A stretch of DNA of 64,000 nt from Candidatus Woesearchaeota archaeon. Its GTDB lineage: Archaea; Nanobdellota; Nanobdellia; SCGC-AAA011-G17; JAGVXY01. The DNA is taken from positions 1,466 through 65,465 of the forward strand of contig JAGVXY010000011.1 of NCBI GenBank assembly GCA_018303545.1. The letters run 5' to 3'. Both the position numbers and the translations under genes were made by a program. Below, one piece after another: positions 28,206-38,906 of this stretch (position 1 is the first letter of the stretch; every line of letters begins with the position of its first letter). Under the pieces are notes generated by a model. That model ran no database searches, was not told the DNA's origin, and worked only from the letters and a program-made list of their open reading frames with translations.

Positions 28206-28928
28206 ATGGATAAAGTCAATAAAATTTTAATCAGAAATGAGCACATTTTTTACTGGAAATCTAAAGATTTGCATACTCATTCAGGGATTATAAAAGAAGA
28301 GCAAATAAAAAAGGCTAAAGATGGAGATATCCTAAAGGCAAGTTCTGGAAAAGAGTTTACAATAATCAGCGCAGATTTCTTAGATCGAATAAAAAGAATC
28401 AAGCGCGGTTCACAAGCTCTATTGCAAAAAGATATTGGTTTAATAATAGCAAAGACAGGAGTTAATAGAGATTCCATAGTTGTAGATGCAGGCACAGGCT
28501 CTGGTATGCTGGCTTCATTCTTGGCAAATGTTGTTAAGAAAGTTTATACTTATGAAATAAATGAGAGTAATTTAGAAATGGCAAAAGAAAATTTCAGTTC
28601 GTTAGAACTAAATAATATAGAATTAAAAAACAAAAACATAACCGAAGGCATAGATGAAAAGGAAGTAGATCTTATAACATTGGATTTATCAAATCCTGAA
28701 TTAGTTTTAGAGTATGCTTATAACTCCTTAAAATTCGGGGGTTATTTGGTTTGTTATTGCCCGCAGATTACTCAGATTATGGCAGTAGTGGAAAATAACA
28801 AAAAATTTACAGTACAAGAAGTAACTGAACTTTTAGAGAGACATTGGGCCGTTGATGGAAGAAAAGTTCGTCCTAAATCGCCAATGGTTGCGCATTCTGC
28901 TTTTTTAATATTTTTAAGAAAGATATAG
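28206..28928 (+). CDS. trmI: tRNA (adenine-N1)-methyltransferase TrmI
   Basis: Q....KD.G.I, DAGTGSG, LDL..P, RP...M..H(S)AF. Confidence 0.9.
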   Translation: MDKVNKILIRNEHIFYWKSKDLHTHSGIIKEEQIKKAKDGDILKASSGKEFTIISADFLDRIKRIKRGSQALLQKDIGLIIAKTGVNRDSIVVDAGTGSGMLASFLANVVKKVYTYEINESNLEMAKENFSSLELNNIELKNKNITEGIDEKEVDLITLDLSNPELVLEYAYNSLKFGGYLVCYCPQITQIMAVVENNKKFTVQEVTELLERHWAVDGRKVRPKSPMVAHSAFLIFLRKI

Positions 28929-28964
28929 AAACATATTTAAACCTCGCATAATAACGTATTTTTC

Positions 28965-30749
28965 ATGAAATATGTAATAGACACATCCATTGCCATTGAA
29001 GGCATGATATCTAGCCTAATAAAAGAGAATTCTGAGGTGCTAATTCCAAACGCAGTCATTGCAGAATTAGAACATCAAGCTAATCAAAATAAAGAAATCG
29101 GATTTATTGGTTTAGAAGAAATAAAGAAGCTTCAGAAATTAGCAAAAGAAGAAAAAATTCAATTAAGATTCATCGGTCCAAGGCCTACCGCCATGCAGAT
29201 AAAATATGCAAAAAGAGGCGGAGAAATAGATTCTATGATTCGTGAAATGGCTTATGCAGAAGATTCTACATTATTAACCGCAGACAAAGTTCAGGCATTG
29301 TCAGCAGAAGCATATGGTATTAAAGTTGAATTAATCAAGCCAAAGAAAGAATTAAGCAAACTATCTATAGAAAAATATTTTGATAAAAGCACAATGTCTG
29401 TTCATATTATAGCGGGTTGCAGAGTATTAGCCAAAAGAGGGTCACCTGGCGATTGGAAATTAGAAAAAGTATCAGAAAAGCATTTAGAAGATAAAGAAGT
29501 AGAAAATATGGCCAGAGAAATAATAGAAAAGACAAATCTAGATCCAAACTCCTTTATAGAAATCTCAAGAAAGGGTTCAACAGTCGTACAGTATCATAAT
29601 TATAGGATAGTAATTGTTAAGCCTCCAATATCTGATGCGTGGGAAATCACCGCGGTAAAACCCGTTAAAGTTTTAAATCTAGAAGATTATAATTTATCAG
29701 AAGATATTTTAAATAAATTGAAGTCAAAAGCTAGAGGCGTTTTAATTGCAGGCGAAGTTGGTTCAGGAAAATCAACCTTTGCTCAGGCCTTGACAGAATA
29801 TTACAGCGCAAATAATAATGTTGTAAAAACCGTTGAGTCTCCAAGGGATCTGCAGCTTTCAAAAGAAATTACTCAATATTCTAAGAACTTCACAAGCAGT
29901 GAAGAAATCCATGATATCTTATTTTTATCAAGACCAGACTATATTATTTTCGATGAAATTAGGGACACACCAGATTTCAAGCTTTATACAGACTTAAGAT
30001 TGGGGGGCAGCAATTGTTTAGGTGTAATTCACGCAGCAGCCCCGATAGATTCTGTGCAGAGATTTCTCAGCAGAATGGAATTAGGCACAATTCCTTCAGT
30101 TTTAGATACGATAATATACATAGGCAAAGGTAATATAGAACAAATTTTAACATTAAGAATGAGTGTTAAAGTTCCAGTAGGAATGACCGAAGCAGATTTA
30201 GCAAGACCAGTAATAGAAATTGTAAATTACCGCACAAATGAAGTGGAATATGAGATTTATTCATATGGTGAACAGACCGTTATAATTCCAGTAACAGGGA
30301 AAAAAGTTTCAAAAGCCGCACACAAATTGGCTGAAGCACAGATTGAAGCTGAATTCATGAAATATGCTCCAAATGTGAGGGCAGAGATGGTAAATGATAG
30401 CAGGGTTATAGTTTATGTTCCAGAAAGCTCAAAAGGAAAAATTATTGGCAAAGAGGGCCAGCATATAACGGCAATAGAAAAAAAACTCGGAATTTCAATA
30501 GACTTAAAAAGTCTCCAAGAGGAATATTCTGACAGAGAAGATTTGGATTTTGATATTTCAGAATCAGGAAAGAACATTATTTTAAATACAAATTTTAAAC
30601 GCAAAATTGTAGATGTTCTGGTAGATGGAAAATATATTTTCACTGCAAATTCATCAAAGAAGGGCGTTCTAAAAGTATCAAAAAAGAGTACAATTGGTCA
30701 TATTATCCTTGATGCATTGGACAATAATAAGAAAATAGAATTCAAATAA
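28965..30749 (+). CDS. PIN-domain ATPase with KH domain (PINA-like)
   Basis: N-terminal PIN (DTS...ELE..AN), GEVGSGKST, ESPRDL, DE.R, DLARPV, GKIIGKEG KH motif. Confidence 0.92.
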   Translation: MKYVIDTSIAIEGMISSLIKENSEVLIPNAVIAELEHQANQNKEIGFIGLEEIKKLQKLAKEEKIQLRFIGPRPTAMQIKYAKRGGEIDSMIREMAYAEDSTLLTADKVQALSAEAYGIKVELIKPKKELSKLSIEKYFDKSTMSVHIIAGCRVLAKRGSPGDWKLEKVSEKHLEDKEVENMAREIIEKTNLDPNSFIEISRKGSTVVQYHNYRIVIVKPPISDAWEITAVKPVKVLNLEDYNLSEDILNKLKSKARGVLIAGEVGSGKSTFAQALTEYYSANNNVVKTVESPRDLQLSKEITQYSKNFTSSEEIHDILFLSRPDYIIFDEIRDTPDFKLYTDLRLGGSNCLGVIHAAAPIDSVQRFLSRMELGTIPSVLDTIIYIGKGNIEQILTLRMSVKVPVGMTEADLARPVIEIVNYRTNEVEYEIYSYGEQTVIIPVTGKKVSKAAHKLAEAQIEAEFMKYAPNVRAEMVNDSRVIVYVPESSKGKIIGKEGQHITAIEKKLGISIDLKSLQEEYSDREDLDFDISESGKNIILNTNFKRKIVDVLVDGKYIFTANSSKKGVLKVSKKSTIGHIILDALDNNKKIEFK

Positions 30750-30750
30750 A

Positions 30751-31347
30751 ATGGAAAATATCCAAAGATTAGGCCACGATTCTTTCATTATAAAATCAAA
30801 AGATAAAATAATTTATATTGATCCCTTCAAGCTCCAGGATGGAAAGCAGGCAGATTTGATTCTAATAACTCACACGCATTACGACCATTATGATAATGCC
30901 TCAATAAGCAAAATTCTGAAAGACTCTACAACTATCATAGGTCCAGAAGATATAGATTATTCCGATGCAATAAAAATGCATCCTGGCGAATCTAAAGAAA
31001 TCCAGGGCATAAAGATTGAAGCCGTAAGAGCATATAACATAGAAAAGAAAAACCATCCTAAAGAAAAAAACTGGTTGGGATATATTATCACAATAAATAA
31101 TCAGAGAATTTATCATGCAGGAGACACAGATTTAATCCCTGAAATGAAAAGAATAAACTGTAACATTGCTTTGCTCCCTGTTTCAGGCGGCCCAGTAATG
31201 ACTGCAGAAGAAGCATTCGAAGCTGTTAAAATCCTAAAACCTAAGATTGCAATTCCAATGCATTACGGTAGCATAATAGGTTCAGATTCAGATGCAGAAA
31301 AATTCAAAGAATTATGTAAAAATATAACTGAAGTAAAAATCATTTAA
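30751..31347 (+). CDS. MBL-fold metallo-hydrolase
   Basis: THTHYDH, YHAGDT, IPMHY. Confidence 0.93.
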   Translation: MENIQRLGHDSFIIKSKDKIIYIDPFKLQDGKQADLILITHTHYDHYDNASISKILKDSTTIIGPEDIDYSDAIKMHPGESKEIQGIKIEAVRAYNIEKKNHPKEKNWLGYIITINNQRIYHAGDTDLIPEMKRINCNIALLPVSGGPVMTAEEAFEAVKILKPKIAIPMHYGSIIGSDSDAEKFKELCKNITEVKII

Positions 31348-34300
31348 TATATTCTTTTATGATATTATCTGGCCAGCCCTTCTTTTTCATTGCTGCAATT
31401 ATATGACTTTTTTTATGGCCCCTAATATAAGCGCTCTTGACAAAATCTTCAATCTTTGGATCTTTCTTAAATGTATTAGTTTGATTGGTTACAATCTTCG
31501 CAGCTACAATTCCTTTTGTTTTCGAACCTTTTCTTAATACAAGCAATGCAATCAAACTAGCCCCAATTATTATTCCTACACCTATTGCAACCCATACCCA
31601 CCATGCAATTTTTTTCTCAATAGGTGTTTCAATGGGAGGTAAGACCTCAGTTGTATATATTGGTCCTTGTTCAGGCATAATTAAAATTTCAGTGTTATTC
31701 ACAATTTTCTTTCTTCCCCAAACAATATATTGAGAAGACGAAGCTATAGGCACACTTCCACCGCCGGTTGCGGTGCAAGCTCCACAATCAATGGAGCAAT
31801 TGGAACATGTTTCAGAAGCTTCACAAACCCCATTCCCGCATACAAATGGCGCAATGCATACGCCATTACTGCATATGCCATTTATGCATCCGCAGTCTGA
31901 AACACAGGTATGACAATTCTCGCTTTTATTTGCCTCGCACCCATTAGTTCCGCAACTTGACAATTCTACACATATACCATTTGTACAAGTATTATTAATT
32001 GGGCAATCGTTAAAAGTTTTGCATCCGCAGTCCGCAGCGCAATTACAGTTATTTTCTCCCAAACCGCATATGCCATCAGGGCATTTGGCGCACATAAATG
32101 TATCTGCAACTTCAATACATCCATTGCTTTCATTTATCATAACATTTATTGAATTTAAATTAGAACAGCATTGTTCAGAAATCATATTTGGTTCAAATAA
32201 AATTTCACCAATTTGTCCCTCCGCAACGCATGAGACAGGAAGATTGCACTCTCCATTAGAGCATATATCTGAGCCATTGCATCCGCAGTCAACAGCGCAA
32301 GTATGACAGTTTTCTCCCAGATTTATATCGCACCCATTAGTTCCGCAACTTGACAATTCTACACATATACCATTTTCGCAAGTATTACCTGCAGCGCAAT
32401 CATTAAATGTTGTGCATTCACAGTCTGCAGCGCAATTACATACATTCTCTCCTAAACCGCAAATCCCATCAGAACATTTTACGCATATATTCTCAGTCTC
32501 TGCAAGGCATATAAACAAATTCAACCCTGCGAAAGGATTAAGATATTCAGGTATTGTCTGTTGTACGCTATTCAATCCATCACAGCAAATAGAAGTTCCC
32601 GTAATTAATTGACCTTCATTAATGCATTGCTGTTGTTGAGCGCAAGAGCTTTCGCATTCAGCTAATGTATCGAATGGCACAATGCCATTGCATCCACCCC
32701 ATATAAATTCTTTACAGGTATGATCAATCTGATCAAAATAATATTTTATTTGAGTAGCTTTGCAAGGTCCGGAATTATAACCTAATAAGCAAGGATCCTC
32801 AACTTCTTGGCAAGTATTAATTATACAATATTCTCCAATTGGGCAATCCTCATTTCTAATACACACTTCATCTAATTCATCCACGCAAATATTTCCCGTC
32901 ACATTATAATAGATGCATTTAAAACCTGGATCACATCGGCAATCATTCTCACAATCGGCACAATTTTCACTTGCTGTGCATTTACCATCACCGCACTCCG
33001 GATACACGCAAACATTATCTAAACAATCTTGGCTTTTTGGACATTGAGTATCATCCTCGCAAGTTATGTGACATTCATCTTGATAACAAGTTAAACCTTC
33101 ACCGCAAGGACAGTCATTTAGGCATGTTCCACAGCTTTCACTTGCAGTGCATGCATTATCCCCACATTCAGGATATATGCAAATATTATTCAAACAATCT
33201 TGGCTTTTTGGGCACTGAGTGTCATCTGTACAAGATATAAAACAATCTCCATCTACGCATACTTGATTTTCAGTACATCGAATATCTATGCAGGGATTTG
33301 AAAGCACGCATTTTCCAAAATAACAAATGCTGTTTACACATTCACAGTCTTTCTCGCAGGTTTGACAATTTTCTCCTGCAAAAACATTGCATTGACCATC
33401 GCCACAAGATTCAATTGCTGGTGCGCATTTTCCATTTGAACATACCATTCCCTCAAGGCATAAGCAGTCTTTGCAATTGTCGCATCTTTCTCCAGAGAAA
33501 ATATTACATATGCCATCACCACAAGTAGAAATAACTGGTGCGCATTTTCCATTGTAACAAGCATATCCTGGGTTGCATCCGCAGTCTTCAACACAAGAAA
33601 TACAGTCTTCTCCTAAATTAACATCACAAATCTTATTTCCGCAGGCTTCTCCAACTGGGCCGCATTTCCTTCCGTAACAAACATATTCTGAAGAGCAGGC
33701 ACAATCAGCAGCGCATGACCCGCAATCTTCTCCATTTGGAACATCGCAAAAACTATCTCCGCATGCAGAAACAATTAGTGCACAATTTCCGTTATAACAT
33801 ACGTCCCCCGGAGCGCATCCACAGTCAGCGCGGCATGTTTCACAGTTCTCACCTAATAGAATATTACATTTACTATCCCCGCAATATTCCTTAATTGGAA
33901 CGCATGCTCCACCACTGCAAACAGTCCCATCAAGGCATCCACAGTCGGAAGGGCATATTTCACAATTTTCATTTGCGGCACAAACTTTATTTCCGCATTC
34001 TTCAACATAAGGCCAACACTTTCCCTTAAAACATCCATAACCAGCAGAGCATCCGCAGTCAGAAGGACAACTTAAACAATTTTCCCAAAGAGCGCATTCT
34101 CCATCTCCACAAGTTGTCGGAGGCAAATCACAATGAATTTCTGCAGGATTATCATATAATCCGTATATGCACACTAAAGGCAGTAAGCATCCGCAGTCAG
34201 AAGGACAACTTGCACAATTTTCTCCTAATTTAATTTCACAGCCGCCAACACCGCAAGAAAGAGGAATATTAATTTGTGTTTCAGATCCGGTAATCTCTTG

Positions 34301-34441
34301 TCCTTTAATCTCTTCTGCAAAAATCCCCTTAACCCAATTCCAAGAGTCAGAAAAAAATTCTCCAAAAGAAAAAGCTTCAACTACAGGTGTTAATGTGAAT
34401 AAAAGAATAATAATTGTAATAAGTAAATATCTCTTCTTCAT
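31340..34441 (-). CDS. Large Cys-rich cell-surface protein with CG(D/N)GxC...ENCxxCxxDC repeats, a Kunitz domain and C-terminal TM
   Basis: Signal peptide, many Cys repeats, TM WWVWVAIGVGIIIG, cytoplasmic tail ending KKGW. Confidence 0.85.
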   Translation of the reverse strand: MKKRYLLITIIILLFTLTPVVEAFSFGEFFSDSWNWVKGIFAEEIKGQEITGSETQINIPLSCGVGGCEIKLGENCASCPSDCGCLLPLVCIYGLYDNPAEIHCDLPPTTCGDGECALWENCLSCPSDCGCSAGYGCFKGKCWPYVEECGNKVCAANENCEICPSDCGCLDGTVCSGGACVPIKEYCGDSKCNILLGENCETCRADCGCAPGDVCYNGNCALIVSACGDSFCDVPNGEDCGSCAADCACSSEYVCYGRKCGPVGEACGNKICDVNLGEDCISCVEDCGCNPGYACYNGKCAPVISTCGDGICNIFSGERCDNCKDCLCLEGMVCSNGKCAPAIESCGDGQCNVFAGENCQTCEKDCECVNSICYFGKCVLSNPCIDIRCTENQVCVDGDCFISCTDDTQCPKSQDCLNNICIYPECGDNACTASESCGTCLNDCPCGEGLTCYQDECHITCEDDTQCPKSQDCLDNVCVYPECGDGKCTASENCADCENDCRCDPGFKCIYYNVTGNICVDELDEVCIRNEDCPIGEYCIINTCQEVEDPCLLGYNSGPCKATQIKYYFDQIDHTCKEFIWGGCNGIVPFDTLAECESSCAQQQQCINEGQLITGTSICCDGLNSVQQTIPEYLNPFAGLNLFICLAETENICVKCSDGICGLGENVCNCAADCECTTFNDCAAGNTCENGICVELSSCGTNGCDINLGENCHTCAVDCGCNGSDICSNGECNLPVSCVAEGQIGEILFEPNMISEQCCSNLNSINVMINESNGCIEVADTFMCAKCPDGICGLGENNCNCAADCGCKTFNDCPINNTCTNGICVELSSCGTNGCEANKSENCHTCVSDCGCINGICSNGVCIAPFVCGNGVCEASETCSNCSIDCGACTATGGGSVPIASSSQYIVWGRKKIVNNTEILIMPEQGPIYTTEVLPPIETPIEKKIAWWVWVAIGVGIIIGASLIALLVLRKGSKTKGIVAAKIVTNQTNTFKKDPKIEDFVKSAYIRGHKKSHIIAAMKKKGWPDNIIKEYIK

Positions 34442-34467
34442 ATAACTAATTATAAAGAGGGCAGTAT

Positions 34468-36462
34468 TTAAATTTTTTCCTGAAAATAACCGATTATTTG
34501 CTGTTCTTTCCAGCCTTTTGCCAAAAGGGATTTTTTTATCTCTTCTTTGCTATATCCTTTAGTCAATGCTGTTTTTATAAAATTTTCAAGATTATTCTTT
34601 TTATATTTTTCATCTGAATATGTTCTTGGTTGTATGGTATTTTGCGACCCTTGTGAAATTAGTTTTTTATCTTCGATTTTTTGTTGTGCCCATAAGGGCT
34701 GTTGCTGATTCTTTTGAAGATTTGTATCATACGAATTCTTGTTTTTTATCTTCATAAATGCAAAGATTCCTATGCCTGACGCTATAATTAATATCAAAAT
34801 AATTGCCATCCATAAACCTATGTTGCTTTTTGGTTTTTCTTCTAGAGAAGAAACCTGTTGATTTGATTCATAAGGTGAAGCTTGATAATTTAAATCTCCC
34901 TGATTGTTTTGTTCAATTTGTTGCTGGATTTGACCCTGTGTTTGAGTTGAGCATTGTCCACAATCCTCATTACAGTTTAAGCAATCTTCTCCAGAAATAG
35001 CATCGCATACACCATCCCCGCAAAGAGTCAAGTTTATGCATTTTTTCTTGCTACACCTAGTTCCATTCGGGCAGTGGCTATCTGCAAGACATTCAGGAAT
35101 TTCACAGAAATTATCCTCTGTGCATATTCTCGAATAATCGCAGTTTAAATCAGAAGTGCAATTTTTTTTGCATATTTGAGAATTGCAGATGTATCCCTGG
35201 GAGCAATTTGCTTGACTAATGCATTTTTGTTCTGGTCGGCATAAATCTTTTCCATTTTCATTTGTGCAGTATTCTCCCTGAAAGCAGTCAAAATCATTAT
35301 CACATTCACATTTGCTCGTTGAAGAATCACAGCTATTTCCAGGCACGCATTGGCTGTTTTTTTCGCAAAGTACACATACTTTTTTTATTGAATGACAAAC
35401 TCTGTTTGAACTGCAGTCACTGTTATCAGCGCAATTTTCCAAGCATTCATTATATTCACAGGAATACCCTTGTGAGCAGTTTTCATCTGCAGTGCATGCG
35501 GGCACAACAGCGGTAACACACTGATTATTGATACAACTTTTTTCAGTTCCACAGGCCGTGTTATTCAGGCAATAAGAAGTATTCCACATGCAGTTTTTGT
35601 TTATGCATAAATATCCTTCGTTGCAAGCAGTTGAAGATAAGCACTGTACACAGCGCCCTATTGAACTATCACATATTTTATTTATGCCTGTAGCACAATC
35701 TGCATCAGATGTGCATATCTGTTGATCTAACAAAATACATTTTCCATTTTCACATTCTTTGTTAATCGCACAATCAGTATCGCTTGAACATTCGCAATCT
35801 TCATTGCAATTGCATTTATTTTCATAGTCTAAATCGCATACTCCGTCTCCGCATTCAAGACAGATATTCAAATCCGTAATTGGTATACATGTCCCATCTA
35901 AAGCGAGAGCATCACTTCTCTTAGTAATTAAGCCATCACAACAGGCAGGTCCACCTTTTCCTCGTGTTTGACCAAGAGCAGTACAAACATTTGTTGGTTC
36001 ACATTTGTAGTTAGAACCATCAAAAACACAAGTTTCATTTTGCTTGCATGCGCAGTCATCTCCACAGCTATTGCAAGTTTCATTTTTTGTGCACTTGCCG
36101 TCTCCGCACATATTTTGCACAATGCAATCTTCTGGACAGGTCACAATATCTTCTTTTGATGCATCACATATTCCGTCAATTTTGCAATAGACACACATCT
36201 GCCCGCTCAGGCAGTAATAATTTTCATCACCAAATTTCTTTGCGCATTCTTCATCAGTACACGTTTTTCCACTGACAACGGTTCCATTTACCGCCGAAAC
36301 AGTTTCATCTATAGTCGATGCAGAAACTTTCTCACCTTTTATTTCAAAACCAAAAAGATCCCTTATCCAATTCCATCCGTCAGAAAATGAAAAAGCTTCA
36401 GCAGCAGGAATAGAAATAGCAAAAAGAACTAATAAAACAAAAATTATATGCCTCTTTTTCAT
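34468..36462 (-). CDS. Cys-rich surface protein (CxxDxDCxxGxxC repeats), paralog of the neighbouring gene
   Basis: Near-identical N-terminus (EAFSF.D.WNW...F..EIKG), TM, and same C-terminal F.K.A...G..K..I......KGW motif. Confidence 0.85.
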   Translation of the reverse strand: MKKRHIIFVLLVLFAISIPAAEAFSFSDGWNWIRDLFGFEIKGEKVSASTIDETVSAVNGTVVSGKTCTDEECAKKFGDENYYCLSGQMCVYCKIDGICDASKEDIVTCPEDCIVQNMCGDGKCTKNETCNSCGDDCACKQNETCVFDGSNYKCEPTNVCTALGQTRGKGGPACCDGLITKRSDALALDGTCIPITDLNICLECGDGVCDLDYENKCNCNEDCECSSDTDCAINKECENGKCILLDQQICTSDADCATGINKICDSSIGRCVQCLSSTACNEGYLCINKNCMWNTSYCLNNTACGTEKSCINNQCVTAVVPACTADENCSQGYSCEYNECLENCADNSDCSSNRVCHSIKKVCVLCEKNSQCVPGNSCDSSTSKCECDNDFDCFQGEYCTNENGKDLCRPEQKCISQANCSQGYICNSQICKKNCTSDLNCDYSRICTEDNFCEIPECLADSHCPNGTRCSKKKCINLTLCGDGVCDAISGEDCLNCNEDCGQCSTQTQGQIQQQIEQNNQGDLNYQASPYESNQQVSSLEEKPKSNIGLWMAIILILIIASGIGIFAFMKIKNKNSYDTNLQKNQQQPLWAQQKIEDKKLISQGSQNTIQPRTYSDEKYKKNNLENFIKTALTKGYSKEEIKKSLLAKGWKEQQIIGYFQEKI

Positions 36463-36499
36463 TAATTAAAGAAATAAGTAATTTAATATTTAAATTTTC

Positions 36500-37615
36500 T
36501 TATTTTAAGTGAAATTCAACCACATCATCATCAGCCAATTTGTGCCCCAAGCCAACAGAGGCAGAATCAAATTTGACGCTTTTGCCCCACACGCGAGCAA
36601 ACTTGAATTTTTTATAGAAATCTTTGTGGATTATCTGCGATAAAAATCTTATTGTTGCGCCCTTAGGTAGTGCTATTGGCGGATGATCCTTTTTCTTTCC
36701 TGGAGTTTTTGTAAATACTTTTATTATATCTAATTGTTCATAAATCTTTTTTTTCAATTCGTTTAGCCCTGTTCCATCTTTTGCAGAAACCAATATATCT
36801 CCCTTATTTGAAGATAAATCAGATTTATTTCCAACAATAAGGCATCTTAAATAGGCAGTACTTTGATTCAATGCATCTTCCAATTCTTCTAAAGTCATGG
36901 GCTCAGATATTTCAATTATTGCGTTAGATAGATGTTTTTCAAAAACTAATTTTTTTACATCTTCCATGTCTGCTTTTATCAGTTCTTCCCCGACATAAGA
37001 TACTCCTCCTTCAAATCCTTTCTTTATTTTTATTCTCGGCCTGTCTTTTCCTAATCTTATCTGTGCTTTGTCAAATTCATTAAAAATTATTTCTTTTTGC
37101 TTCTCAGGATTATGGGATGTATCCAAAACTACCAGTATCAAATCTGCATTTCTCATTATGCTGAACAACAATGGTCCCCGACCTTTGTATGCAAAATCTT
37201 CATATATCGCAGGCATTTCCACAAGTTGTATAAGCACGCCATCATGATTCATTATTCCAATTTCTGGATCTTTGGTCGTGAATTCATATTCTTGCACATC
37301 AGGTTTTGCATTCGTTAATTTTGATAATAATAATGATTTCCCTGAATTTGTCATACCCACAATCATCACTTGAGCAGCGCCCTCTTTCTTTATAGAAATC
37401 TGCGCACCTTTAGTCTTTTGCTGCTTTTCTTTCTCAAGCATCTCTTTTAATTTAGAAAGTTTGGATTTTATCTCTGCCCTTAGAACTTCAGCACCTTTAT
37501 GAGAAGGTGCAACTTTTAGCATTTCTTCTAAGGCTTTAATCTTCTCCGGAATAGTCTTAGCCTCCCCGTATTTCAGTTCAGCTTTCTGGTATTCAAGTCC
37601 TGCATTAATTGGCAT
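36500..37615 (-). CDS. DRG/OBG-family GTPase with TGS domain
   Basis: PSHKGAE.LR, GMTNSGKS, YEFTT, NKSD, SAK, ARVWGKS. Confidence 0.92.
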   Translation of the reverse strand: MPINAGLEYQKAELKYGEAKTIPEKIKALEEMLKVAPSHKGAEVLRAEIKSKLSKLKEMLEKEKQQKTKGAQISIKKEGAAQVMIVGMTNSGKSLLLSKLTNAKPDVQEYEFTTKDPEIGIMNHDGVLIQLVEMPAIYEDFAYKGRGPLLFSIMRNADLILVVLDTSHNPEKQKEIIFNEFDKAQIRLGKDRPRIKIKKGFEGGVSYVGEELIKADMEDVKKLVFEKHLSNAIIEISEPMTLEELEDALNQSTAYLRCLIVGNKSDLSSNKGDILVSAKDGTGLNELKKKIYEQLDIIKVFTKTPGKKKDHPPIALPKGATIRFLSQIIHKDFYKKFKFARVWGKSVKFDSASVGLGHKLADDDVVEFHLK

Positions 37616-37668
37616 AGCAATTAGAAATTAAAAAAAGGTATATAAAGTTTATTAAAATAGAACCACAT

Positions 37669-38559
37669 TTACTCTTTTTTAGCCGTCTGTTGAAATATAA
37701 GCAAATCCTCTGTAGTCAGTTTTTTCTTGGATTTAATCTTTTCCTCAACTTCTTTAGACATCTCTTCAAGCACCTTTTCCTGCTGTTTTTTCTTTTCTTC
37801 TCTTGCCTGTATGCCTTTAGCCTTTACTTTTTTCTTGATTTGAGAATAATCTGCTAATTTTGATTTAAGCATTTCATTTACTTCACTGAATTCCTTTTTG
37901 AAGGTAATAAACTTCTCAAATGCATCTTCCTGTCTCTTTTTGACTTCATTTATTTGCTTTGATAATTTTATAAAATCAGAATATCCATTTTTGCTTGTTT
38001 TAACCAAATCAATAATTTTACCGTGGAATTCATCGGATTTCTTTTTTGCCTCATCAATCTGCCTTGAAACATCATTTATTTCATTCATAACCCCATTAAC
38101 TTTTGATGCTTCAGCATATTGTTTCTTAAGAATCTTTATCTTATCCATGATCTGCTTTTCTTTATTGAATCCAAAACCTTCAGTTTCTATTGAACTTTCC
38201 AAAGCTTCAATCTGGTTTTTAAGTCTTGAAGGATCACCTTGAATGTTATGTTTTGCAGTTATATCCCCTCTCTGTTTGTTCAATTCTTTTATCTTTTTTA
38301 TAAGTTCTTTTACTTGTCCATTATATTTGTCTCTTTCTTTTTTAAGTTCAGAAACCGAACCAACAGAACCATCTCTGTTAACTTTTATTTCTTTTATTTT
38401 TGCAATGAGAGAATTCAGCTCTTTCTTGAGCTCTTCTTTTTTACTGAACCATTCTTCTTTTACAGAATTAATCTTATCTAATTTAGCCTTTAGGCTATTG
38501 ATATCGTCTTTTGGTTCTTCAGTCCGAGTCTCAACGACCTCATTCTTCAATTCATCCAT
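37669..38559 (-). CDS. Conserved archaeal coiled-coil protein
   Basis: Heptad K/E-rich; KKERDKYN, EKQI, C-terminal KKLTTEDLL.FQ motif; follows rpl12. Confidence 0.75.
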   Translation of the reverse strand: MDELKNEVVETRTEEPKDDINSLKAKLDKINSVKEEWFSKKEELKKELNSLIAKIKEIKVNRDGSVGSVSELKKERDKYNGQVKELIKKIKELNKQRGDITAKHNIQGDPSRLKNQIEALESSIETEGFGFNKEKQIMDKIKILKKQYAEASKVNGVMNEINDVSRQIDEAKKKSDEFHGKIIDLVKTSKNGYSDFIKLSKQINEVKKRQEDAFEKFITFKKEFSEVNEMLKSKLADYSQIKKKVKAKGIQAREEKKKQQEKVLEEMSKEVEEKIKSKKKLTTEDLLIFQQTAKKE

Positions 38560-38607
38560 ATTAACATCAGTTTTTGCGTCTTTTTCATAAGGTAAAAAAA
38601 TAAATTT

Positions 38608-38904
38608 TTAGCCAAATAGCGCGCCTAGACCTGCAGCAGCTTCTTCTTCACTTTTCTTTTCTTCTTTCTTTTCTTCTTTCTTTTCAGCTGCCTGTGCTGT
38701 GCCAGTTGGTGCTATTGCCACTTGTGCCACGGATGCTGCCTTTATCGCTTCCTCTATATTGACGCCTTCCAAAGCAGATACTAAAGCCTTAATCTTTGTA
38801 TCATCTGCTTCTGCGCCTGCAGCCTGAAGCACTTTTTTGACATTAGCTTCATTTATTTCCTTACCAACTGAATTTAACAGCATTCCTGCATATATCATTT
38901 CCAT
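38608..38904 (-). CDS. rpl12: Ribosomal stalk protein P1 (L12p)
   Basis: [21 protein letters not shown]-terminal [13 protein letters not shown]. Confidence 0.96.
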   Translation of the reverse strand: MEMIYAGMLLNSVGKEINEANVKKVLQAAGAEADDTKIKALVSALEGVNIEEAIKAASVAQVAIAPTGTAQAAEKKEEKKEEKKSEEEAAAGLGALFG

Positions 38905-38906
38905 TT

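Noticed and set aside
31485-36275. Numerous 60-95 aa alternative-frame and antisense ORFs in the Cys-rich genes (and similar ones window-wide)
   Set aside because: They are fully nested in well-supported genes, with no motifs or initiation signals.
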